Positions 33,772-41,216 of a stretch of DNA of 42,821 nucleotides are shown piece after piece (the stretch's first letter is position 1; each line of letters opens with the position of its first letter). The notes below the pieces were generated by a model that was not told where the DNA came from, made no database searches, and worked only from the letters and a program-made list of their open reading frames with translations. Source of the DNA: Candidatus Vogelbacteria bacterium RIFOXYB1_FULL_42_16 (GTDB taxonomy: Bacteria > Patescibacteriota > Minisyncoccia > Phycocordibacterales > XYD1-FULL-46-19); the NCBI GenBank assembly GCA_001823055.1, contig MHTH01000015.1, positions 1 to 42,821 of the forward strand, in the 5' to 3' direction. A program made the position numbers and the translations under genes.

Positions 33772-34632
33772 ATGGATATGAGTAAAATTCCAGTCGTTGG
33801 ACATCTGATCTTGACGACCATGTTGCTGGTGGCGTTGGGATTAGGTGGCTTTTTTTATAAACAATTGAATGAAAAAAATTTCGGTCTGAAAGCGCAAAAT
33901 CAAGAACTTCAGAATTTATTGAAAATTGCTCAGGGTGATCTGGCCAGCACTTCTCGTCGTCTACAAGAACAAACCAACCGCACCAACGCTCTCGCTGACC
34001 AAGTCCAAAACATTGCTTCAACGGTGGGCACACTCGACAAGTTGAGTAAAACCGACAAAGAATTGTTGCAAAAGTATTCCAAGGTTTATTTTTTAAATGA
34101 ACATTATGTGCCGGACAGTTTAGCGACGATTACGCCGGAATTTTTAGCCAATCATGAAGCACAGAAAATTCACGCCAAAGTCTGGCCCTTTTTAGAAAAA
34201 CTTTTACTCGAGGCTTCTTCGACCGCCGTGACTTTGCGTATCAATTCAGCCTATCGCTCTTTTGGGACACAGGCTAAAATCAAAGCTGGTTATAAAATTA
34301 CTTATGGGGCCGGAACGGCCAACAAATTCTCTGCCGATCAGGGTTATTCTGAACATCAACTGGGGACAACTGTCGACTTTGACACGCCGAGTATTAAGGG
34401 CGATTTTTCCAGATTTGGTTCGACCGAGGCTTTTACTTGGTTGACGAATAATGCCTATCGTTATGGTTTTATTTTATCTTATCCCAAAAACAACAATTAT
34501 TATCAATACGAGCCATGGCATTGGCGTTTTGTCGGTGTTCAGCTGGCTACCAAACTGCAAGAGGAAGATAAATATTTTTACAATTATCCGCAACGATTGA
34601 TCGATCTCTACTTGGTCAATATCTTTGATTAA
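33772..34632 (+). CDS. D-alanyl-D-alanine carboxypeptidase, VanY/M15B family, membrane-anchored
   Basis: Motifs are SAYRSFGTQ, SEHQLGTTVDF and EPWHWRFVG, with an N-terminal TM. A TGcTACAAT extended -10 ends 7 nt before the ATG (leaderless configuration). Confidence 0.8.
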   Translation: MDMSKIPVVGHLILTTMLLVALGLGGFFYKQLNEKNFGLKAQNQELQNLLKIAQGDLASTSRRLQEQTNRTNALADQVQNIASTVGTLDKLSKTDKELLQKYSKVYFLNEHYVPDSLATITPEFLANHEAQKIHAKVWPFLEKLLLEASSTAVTLRINSAYRSFGTQAKIKAGYKITYGAGTANKFSADQGYSEHQLGTTVDFDTPSIKGDFSRFGSTEAFTWLTNNAYRYGFILSYPKNNNYYQYEPWHWRFVGVQLATKLQEEDKYFYNYPQRLIDLYLVNIFD

Positions 34633-34661
34633 AAGCGAGTTTTTAATTAGTCATTAAAAAT

Positions 34662-35213
34662 ATGTCAGATGAAGCCAATCAAAACACAGATTTAAAAACC
34701 GTTGTGTCGGAAGAAGTGTCAGCCCAAACTTTACCAGAACCAATTCAGACTGAAATGAAAAACGATGATTCAACCAGCCCCGCTGATTTTGTGCTGGCAA
34801 AATCGGACAGGGAAGTGGTGAGTGAAGAAATTAAATTTAATACCGCCAACAGTTCTCCGGCGACTCTTATTAAAAATGATCCGGTCGTTAATTCTAACGA
34901 AACGGAGCCCGCCTCGGCCGAAGCCAAGACGATCGACGAGCTGGCTGTTTTAGGTTTTACCAAACCAGCCAATACTTTCATGCGTTGGTTATGGAAAAAA
35001 GCGCTAAAGGCGAAGCGGGCGCGTCAACGCAAAAAACTGGATCGGATCATGACTTTATTTGCTAAGCATCCGAAAATTACCAACGATCTGGTAGAAAAAC
35101 TTCTTCATGTCTCGCATTCGACGGCGACCAAATATCTCAAGATTTTGCTGACCGAGAAAAAAATTAGCCGAACAGCTCAAGCTGGCTCGGCCACGACCTA
35201 TATCAAGCTTTGA
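34662..35213 (+). CDS. hypothetical protein with C-terminal HTH/winged-helix-like segment
   Basis: It is a 183-aa ORF. The C-terminus ITNDLVEKLLHVSHSTATKYLKILLTEKKI looks like an HTH. Confidence 0.55.
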   Translation: MSDEANQNTDLKTVVSEEVSAQTLPEPIQTEMKNDDSTSPADFVLAKSDREVVSEEIKFNTANSSPATLIKNDPVVNSNETEPASAEAKTIDELAVLGFTKPANTFMRWLWKKALKAKRARQRKKLDRIMTLFAKHPKITNDLVEKLLHVSHSTATKYLKILLTEKKISRTAQAGSATTYIKL

Positions 35214-35324
35214 TTAGGGGGCGCTGTTTTTCCTAGGTATATCCAATCAAGTGTGTTAGACTGCATTGGTGCGCTAGGCACAGAAACAAAGTCGAAGGTT
35301 TCAGATAAATAATTTTTAAATTGT

Positions 35325-35525
35325 ATGACCGAAGGAACAATTAAAACCCTGACAGATAAAGGATACGGCTTCATCGCTCGCGAAGGCGAAGCGAAGGATC
35401 TTTTCTTTCATTCCAAGGAGTTGGTTGGTGTTACTTTCGAAGAGCTCAAAGAAGGCGACAAAGTGTCTTTTGAGATCGTCGATGGTGAAAAGGGTCCCGC
35501 TGCGACTCAAGTGTCTAAAGTTTAA
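35325..35525 (+). CDS. cold-shock protein (CspA family)
   Basis: GTIKTLTDKGYGFI (RNP1-like KGYGFI) and DLFFH (RNP2-like) are present. It is 66 aa. Confidence 0.9.
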   Translation: MTEGTIKTLTDKGYGFIAREGEAKDLFFHSKELVGVTFEELKEGDKVSFEIVDGEKGPAATQVSKV

Positions 35526-35533
35526 TACCCACA

Positions 35534-35571
35534 AAAACACCCGCCCTTTTTGAAAAAGGGCGGGTGTTTTT
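35534..35571 (+). terminator. rho-independent terminator
   Basis: aaaaacacccgcccttttt-ga-aaaaagggcgggtgttttt. Confidence 0.85.
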
Positions 35572-35633
35572 AGGTTGTTATGCTATGATTTAGCCCAACT
35601 TCTTTTTTTAAGAGATTGTTATATAATGATAAA

Positions 35634-37820
35634 ATGTTTAAAGAAAGGATAAAATCAGATGTGTTAGAAGTCATCTTTGATCAAGATAAACATAGAGAAG
35701 AAAGAATTTTAGAGCAATTTACGTCGGAGCAGGTTGAAATCATAAGATCAAAACAAAAAGTTCTTTCGTCTCTAGCCTATTTTATTGGTCGAGATTTTTC
35801 TATTCCAGTCGAGCTAAACGAACCTGGGGCTGGTTGGCATTGGAATTTTAAAGCGAATATCATCAGAATTGATCCGATAGATCTGCTGGAAAAACCGATG
35901 GATTTTCTACGCTTCGTCATTAGTCACGAAGGTGGGCATCGGCGAATTTCTCGCACGGAATTTATACCAATAAAAGAATGGGAAGAGGAAGGTTTTTCTT
36001 TTTTAATGAATTCGATCGAAGATCCACGCGACAATAATTTTGTAGCTGATAATTACCCAGTTTTTGCCGAACAAATGGGTGTGGCTTATGAACCGCAATT
36101 TGATCTGGAAGAAAAGTCAAAAGACAGAGCCTTTGATCAGCTGGGCTACACGCCTCGCTTTATGCAGGCCGGTTTTGAGTATATCAAGCAATGGTATCGT
36201 CAAAGACAGAATAAACCTCAAGAACTATCTGCCGATTTACCGGCAGAAGTCAGGGAAGTGGTGGAAAAGACATTGGAATCCGCTAGTCGTTCGTGGTGGC
36301 TTTATCCGTCAAAATCCGAAGCCGATGAAGATGAGCAAAACATCAAAAATTATGCCCAAGCTTCTTATCACTTGAATCGTGAGAAAATTTGGCCGGAATT
36401 TAAAAAACTGGTCGAACAAGATCTGGCTGATCAAAAAATGGAAGAGTTTATTAAGGATATGCAGAAAGATCAGGCCAAGGGTGGTGAGAGGGGGGAATCA
36501 GGCGATTCCATTCCACAGAAATTAAAGGATAAATTAAAGCCGGAAGAAGTGGAGGCTTTAGAGAAAGCCATAGACCAGATGACTAAACATGGTGAAGAAG
36601 ATGTTTCTAGCCATGAAAGGTCCGAGGGGGGAGATCAGACGGAACAAACAGGGGGTGAAATTAAAGAAAGTGATGAACAAGGCGGAAACGGAAAAGCCAT
36701 ATCGTTGGATTCTTTATCGTCAGAATTAAAACAAAAAATAAAAGATTTTATTGATGCTCTGCCAGATGAACAAAAGAAAAAGCTAGCTGAAAAAGCGGTC
36801 AAAGCCTTGGCTGATTTTGAAAAAGAACTTAACGAAGAATTGGCCGGTAAATTAGCGGATAATCCGGATAAAAAAGAAGCTAGAGAGCAAGAAGAGAAGA
36901 CGACTGAAGGGGGAGAGGAACGTGAGGAGATGGCCGATCAAGACCGAGATGATGGTGAATCAGAAAAAGAAAAAGAGCGCAGACAGAGCCTGTCTAAACT
37001 GAAAAAAGAATTAAAACGCATCATCGAAAAAGACCAAGGAGCCTATGAAAAAGCACGGCGCGAAGTGGCGCCGATCATCAGCAAATTAACCGATGAGCTT
37101 AGGGATATTTTTCGAGAACGTCGGAAGGTCAAACATGAAGCTGGACACAAATCTGGTCTTAGAATCAATATCACCAAAAGAATAGGAGAAATAGCTAGAG
37201 GTATCTTGCCTATGGAAAGTCGGGCTTGGGAAAAAAGGGAGGCGCCAGGAGAAAAAGATTATGCCATTACTCTCTTGATAGATTTGTCTGGTTCAATGAG
37301 GGGCAAGAAAATAGAAGAAACTTTCAAGGCAACAATAGTTTTGGCCGAGGTCTTGAATAAGTTGTCGATTATGACCGAAATTCTGGGTTTTAATGATCGT
37401 ATCCATGAATATCAGAGATTCAAAGAACGTCTGTCTCCGGAAATTAGATCGAAAATGGGAACTATGCCGGCAGAGGTAGGTTCAGAGCGGGCCCAATGGA
37501 ATGATGATGGCTGGGCGGTCAGTGAAGCTTCGACTCGTTTAGCTAAGAGGAGGGAATTGGAAAAATTTCTGGTGGTTTTGTCTGATGGTTTACCTGAGCC
37601 ATCATCGGCTCATGGTGGTTTAGCCTATGAATTATCCAAGGTAATTAAGGGGATAGAAAAAGACGAAGATCAAAAGATTGTCGGCTTAGGTATTGGTCCC
37701 GATACGAACCATGTGGCCAACTATTATCGCCACCACTTGGCCAATGTTGGCTTGACTGAGATGGCTAGCCGGCTAGCCGATTTGCTCAAAGAGATGATTG
37801 TCGATTACAATAAGTTTTGA
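35634..37820 (+). CDS. HExxH metallopeptidase-like + acidic coiled region + C-terminal vWA (MIDAS) domain protein
   Basis: HEGGH is at 35925-35939 within FLRFVISHEGGHRRI. A roughly 200-aa E/K/D-rich region follows. The vWA MIDAS DLSGS is at 37281-37295, then LVVLSDGLPE. The ATG at 35634 lies 6 nt after TATAAT (35622-35627). There is no signal peptide. Confidence 0.8.
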   Translation: MFKERIKSDVLEVIFDQDKHREERILEQFTSEQVEIIRSKQKVLSSLAYFIGRDFSIPVELNEPGAGWHWNFKANIIRIDPIDLLEKPMDFLRFVISHEGGHRRISRTEFIPIKEWEEEGFSFLMNSIEDPRDNNFVADNYPVFAEQMGVAYEPQFDLEEKSKDRAFDQLGYTPRFMQAGFEYIKQWYRQRQNKPQELSADLPAEVREVVEKTLESASRSWWLYPSKSEADEDEQNIKNYAQASYHLNREKIWPEFKKLVEQDLADQKMEEFIKDMQKDQAKGGERGESGDSIPQKLKDKLKPEEVEALEKAIDQMTKHGEEDVSSHERSEGGDQTEQTGGEIKESDEQGGNGKAISLDSLSSELKQKIKDFIDALPDEQKKKLAEKAVKALADFEKELNEELAGKLADNPDKKEAREQEEKTTEGGEEREEMADQDRDDGESEKEKERRQSLSKLKKELKRIIEKDQGAYEKARREVAPIISKLTDELRDIFRERRKVKHEAGHKSGLRINITKRIGEIARGILPMESRAWEKREAPGEKDYAITLLIDLSGSMRGKKIEETFKATIVLAEVLNKLSIMTEILGFNDRIHEYQRFKERLSPEIRSKMGTMPAEVGSERAQWNDDGWAVSEASTRLAKRRELEKFLVVLSDGLPEPSSAHGGLAYELSKVIKGIEKDEDQKIVGLGIGPDTNHVANYYRHHLANVGLTEMASRLADLLKEMIVDYNKF

Positions 37821-37834
37821 TATTATTAAAAAAT

Positions 37835-38260
37835 ATGGATAAAACTAACACTGTAAAAGTCGAAGAATTCATGGGTTTTTTCAAAGCCCAGTCGGAGATT
37901 GGTTTGCTGGTTTTTAATACCAAAGAAGAACTTGAAAAGACCGAGCAGTTTTTAACTGACAATGGTTTTGTGCTATCTTTTAATTGTTTCCAAATTATGA
38001 ATTATCTGAAAAACAAACAATCAGTTATCTTATCTCTAAGTGAAAAAATTACGCCAGAAATTTATAGTCTGATTACTCAATACTCCGATCGAGCGGGTGA
38101 AATCCAGATGATGAATCCGGCGACAATGGTTTTGGAACAAGTTGAGTTTGATCCCAAGGAATCTCATTTATTGCTTCTAGCCACGGAGACTATCTGGGGA
38201 AAAATTGACGAGGAATTTGACCTAAAAAACAAAGTCGGACTAATGGAAAGAATAAAATAA
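37835..38260 (+). CDS. hypothetical protein (141 aa), middle gene of the vWA/AAA+ operon
   Basis: The ATG at 37835 lies 14 nt after the upstream stop. Its own stop is 1 nt before the next ATG. I recognise no family. Confidence 0.55.
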   Translation: MDKTNTVKVEEFMGFFKAQSEIGLLVFNTKEELEKTEQFLTDNGFVLSFNCFQIMNYLKNKQSVILSLSEKITPEIYSLITQYSDRAGEIQMMNPATMVLEQVEFDPKESHLLLLATETIWGKIDEEFDLKNKVGLMERIK

Positions 38261-38261
38261 T

Positions 38262-40229
38262 ATGGCCGGAGTGGAAAAACAATTTAATATGATGCCTTCG
38301 GCCGAAGAAGGTTCTAAGTCAAAGAGGAAATCAAAAGCTATGCCAGTGTTGGATAGTTTGGAATTGCCGAGCGAAGATAGAGAGGTTTTATTGCCAGTAA
38401 AAGAGAGTGAGGGAAGCGTTTATTTTTTGGGTGTCGAGGTGCCAAAAGGCAGAGGTGGAGACCGGGTGCCAAATCCAGAGCGTTTTTCCGCTGATGTTTT
38501 GACCGACTTTGATTTTCGATTAATGAGAGATATCGCTGTCGCTTTGAAACTCAATCAGCCGGTTTTGATTGAGGGAGGTTCTGGTATTGGCAAATCTCGG
38601 ACTATTGATCGGATGTGTTCTCAATTGGACCGCGAATCATATTATGCCAATTGTCATGAATTTGACGCTGATGTTTTAATTGGCAAAATGACCACGACCG
38701 AAGAAGCCAAGAGCGGTTTTGGCTGGCGTGACGGCTTGGTGGTTGGCGCTATCAGGAATGGCGGGGTTTTGTTTCTGGATGAGTATAATTTTATGAAAGG
38801 CGGGACTCGAGCTGCTCTGCACGAAATAATTGACGCTATTCTACAAGGTAAAGATGAAATTACTTTAGTCGATAACCACGGCGAGAGAGTGCCGGTGCAT
38901 CCCGATTTTAGAATTATTGCCGCTCAAAATCCACCAGGTGGAAAGCATGGCGATCGAGAAGTGCTTGATCCGGCTCAATATACCAGATTCAGCCATGTAA
39001 AACTGCCGGAAAATTTGCCTAAAGACAGCAAAAGGGCTAGAGCTCTGGGTTTTTTGGGTAAGGATAATAAAATTACTATTGATCAGACAGAATACTTATT
39101 TTCCGGTGGCCTGTCGCTGGAAGCGCTCAAAGAAATTCCAGGTATAGAGGAATTGGTAGATAAATATATTGAATTTACCGAGACGGTGGAAGCGATGGCA
39201 GAAAAAGGGGAATTGGGCGCTGATCAGTCTCAACCGGCTTATTTTTCCTTTCAGCGCGATTATGATCGTGTGATAAATTTTGTTCAATCTTTTTATCGAG
39301 GTGATGTCAACGACACTTTTCAAAGAGCCTTGAGATATTATTTTGCCAATCGATTTGAAAGCATTTCTGATCGGGCCAAAGTAGAAGAGATGATCGCTCA
39401 CATTAAATATGTCGCTCCGACTAATAGCCGTCGCCTAGCTTTAGACGAAATCTCTTTTGAAAAATCAAAAACCGAGGAAGGGATAGATTATCTAGTTAAG
39501 TCGTTTGGCAAGGGCAAGGAAAAAATTATGCCGGGTCAACTACTCAAAGGTCCAGACGGTAAAATCAGTGTTTTTGTCGGCGTATCCAAAACAGACGGCT
39601 CACCAGTTCTTCTCCCACATAAAAGTGTGGAAAGTGATATGGCGGAGATTCCAGCTGATATCCTAGAGAAGCAAACTGACTTTCTTAAAGAGGTTTTTAG
39701 TTCATGGGGTGTTAGTGATGAAAAAATAACCAAAGCAGACATCACTCCAGCTTGGCAAGATCCTAAAAGCCTTAAACCTGAAGATTGGGAAAAACTAAAG
39801 AGCAATGTAGATGAAGAAAAGTTTGGCGAGTACACACTAAATCCGGAAATGGGTGGATTTAGTGACGCTGATTTTGAAAGTTTGTCCAAGTCTGAAAAAT
39901 TCAAAAGATTCAAAACAGAAAAATTACCCGATGATTGGAATGGCAAGCCATTGGCGGAAGTGGCCACTTATATTATGGAAACTTACGGCGATAGATATTA
40001 TCTGCCGGGTATAGAATACTGGCAATGGCTGTCCGCCAATCCCGACAAATCACCAGCTGAACTCAAAGACGGTGATTACCAGTTTTTGTTTGGTTCTACC
40101 CTTCGCCACTCCCGTGGCCACTGGAGCGTGCCGTGTGTGAGCTGGAATGGCTCCAAGTGGAACCGGAGCGCGGACTGGCTCGACAATAGCTGGTACTCGC
40201 ACTCTCGGGTTGTTCTCCTCGAGCGATGA
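38262..40229 (+). CDS. MoxR-like AAA+ ATPase (AAA_5-type) with C-terminal DGR-diversified ligand-binding (C-type-lectin-like) domain
   Basis: Walker A is GGSGIGKS (38574-38597), Walker B is VLFLDEYNF, and sensor-1 is FRIIAAQNPPG. The C-terminal ...YLPGIEYWQWL...GHWSVPCVSWNGSKWNRSADWLDNSWYSHSRVVLLER contains the VR. There is no signal peptide or TM. Confidence 0.85.
   Translation: MAGVEKQFNMMPSAEEGSKSKRKSKAMPVLDSLELPSEDREVLLPVKESEGSVYFLGVEVPKGRGGDRVPNPERFSADVLTDFDFRLMRDIAVALKLNQPVLIEGGSGIGKSRTIDRMCSQLDRESYYANCHEFDADVLIGKMTTTEEAKSGFGWRDGLVVGAIRNGGVLFLDEYNFMKGGTRAALHEIIDAILQGKDEITLVDNHGERVPVHPDFRIIAAQNPPGGKHGDREVLDPAQYTRFSHVKLPENLPKDSKRARALGFLGKDNKITIDQTEYLFSGGLSLEALKEIPGIEELVDKYIEFTETVEAMAEKGELGADQSQPAYFSFQRDYDRVINFVQSFYRGDVNDTFQRALRYYFANRFESISDRAKVEEMIAHIKYVAPTNSRRLALDEISFEKSKTEEGIDYLVKSFGKGKEKIMPGQLLKGPDGKISVFVGVSKTDGSPVLLPHKSVESDMAEIPADILEKQTDFLKEVFSSWGVSDEKITKADITPAWQDPKSLKPEDWEKLKSNVDEEKFGEYTLNPEMGGFSDADFESLSKSEKFKRFKTEKLPDDWNGKPLAEVATYIMETYGDRYYLPGIEYWQWLSANPDKSPAELKDGDYQFLFGSTLRHSRGHWSVPCVSWNGSKWNRSADWLDNSWYSHSRVVLLER
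40101..40221 (+). repeat. DGR variable repeat (VR), last 40 codons of the AAA+ ATPase gene
   Basis: It aligns without gaps to TR (40596-40716) over 121 nt. The 11 differences are all at TR adenines. All 92 non-A positions are identical. Confidence 0.9.
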
Positions 40230-40284
40230 TTATCGTTTTTACCTTTTGCTCTTGATCCCTTGCAATTCTTTTGATTCTTGATTT

Positions 40285-40326
40285 ACCCGCCCCAGTTTTT
40301 TTTAAAACTGGGGCGGGTTGTCTTTT
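40285..40326 (+). terminator. hairpin/terminator downstream of VR
   Basis: acccgccccagtttt-tttt-aaaactggggcgggt is followed by tgtctttt, 64 nt after the VR end. Confidence 0.7.
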
Positions 40327-40595
40327 GCTCTTGAATTTTAAAATGCTAATATATATTCGAGTGGTGAGTATGTTTGCGAGTACGCTTGCGAGCTACCGCT
40401 CCAGTCTGACAATACCGAGAATTTCTTTAGACCAAGGTTTGGGAAAGAGTGGGTTGTCGAGATGGTAAAAAACGATAAAGAATCAGCGTAAAATACCAAG
40501 GCATTTTAGATGTCGAATAATATTCAACTGCTCGTTGAAACTTGTCTTAAACAAGATCTCGAGTGGTGGTGACCAAGACGATATTTTACGATATG

Positions 40596-40716
40596 CTTCG
40601 CAACTCCAATGGCCACTGGAACGTGCCGTATGTGAACTGGAATGGCTCCAAGTGGAACCGGAACGCGAACTGGCTCGACAATAGCTGGAACTCGAACTAT
40701 CGGGTTGTTCTCCTCG
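40596..40716 (+). repeat. DGR template repeat (TR)
   Basis: It is rich in AAC/AAT codons (29 adenines) and in the same orientation as VR. The ORF-track peptide 40563-40748 simply mirrors the VR frame. Confidence 0.9.
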
Positions 40717-40732
40717 TTACTCTTTTTCGTTT

Positions 40733-40772
40733 CCCCACTAAAAACTAATTGGTTTTTAGTGGGGTTTTGTTT
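40733..40772. terminator. hairpin immediately 3' of TR (overlaps avd stop on the opposite strand)
   Basis: ccccactaaaaac-taattg-gtttttagtgggg is followed by ttttgtttc. Confidence 0.65.
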
Positions 40773-41172
40773 CTATTGCTACAGCTGGTTTCGGAATAGG
40801 AATTTTTGGGCATTGATTTTTCCAACCATAAAGCATTCGGCCAACTTCCTCGATCTTGATTGATAAAGAGAGAAATTTTTTGCTGTTAATTCCCTTTAAT
40901 TCAAAGAGAACATAGAGCATAAATTTTAAAGTGTCATTTTTGATAATTGCTTGGCTGACTGGGATTATTCGCATTTCTTTAGGCGAAAATTGAGCTTCGG
41001 CGGTTAAACCGATAATGTCGGCAAAAAGTTTATCAATTCCAATACCTAATGAATGTCGTAGGGTTTTAGGGAGACCGTGGATATATTGTTGCCATTCAAC
41101 ATAAATTGTCAATAATTTACTGGCAATGCCAGAAAGCTTCGGGGGGGGGGTAACTTCTTGGTTTGTGTTCAT
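40756..41172 (-). CDS. avd: DGR accessory variability determinant-like four-helix-bundle protein
   Basis: It is a 138-aa helical protein lying between TR and RT. LPKTLRHSLGIGIDKLFADIIGL...FLSLSIKIEEVGRMLYGW resembles the four-helix-bundle ('23S rRNA intervening sequence protein') family to which Avd belongs. Confidence 0.7.
   Translation of the reverse strand: MNTNQEVTPPPKLSGIASKLLTIYVEWQQYIHGLPKTLRHSLGIGIDKLFADIIGLTAEAQFSPKEMRIIPVSQAIIKNDTLKFMLYVLFELKGINSKKFLSLSIKIEEVGRMLYGWKNQCPKIPIPKPAVAIETKPH
41141..41150. repeat. G10/C10 homopolymeric tract inside avd codons 8-11 (TPPPK)
   Basis: gggggggggg is read directly at 41141-41150. On the coding strand it reads acc ccc ccc ccg. Confidence 0.95.
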
Positions 41173-41216
41173 GATATATTGAATCTTGATGGTAATTCAA
41201 ATTATCATACAATTTT

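Noticed and set aside
40563-40748. 61-aa ORF (MVVTKTIFYDMLRNSNGHWNVPYVNWNGSKWNRNANWLDNSWNSNYRVVLL...) that looks like a paralog of the ATPase C-terminus
   Set aside because: It is the DGR template repeat read in the VR frame. It has no SD or promoter-proximal start. Its similarity to the target gene ends exactly at the TR boundaries. TRs are non-coding RNA templates.
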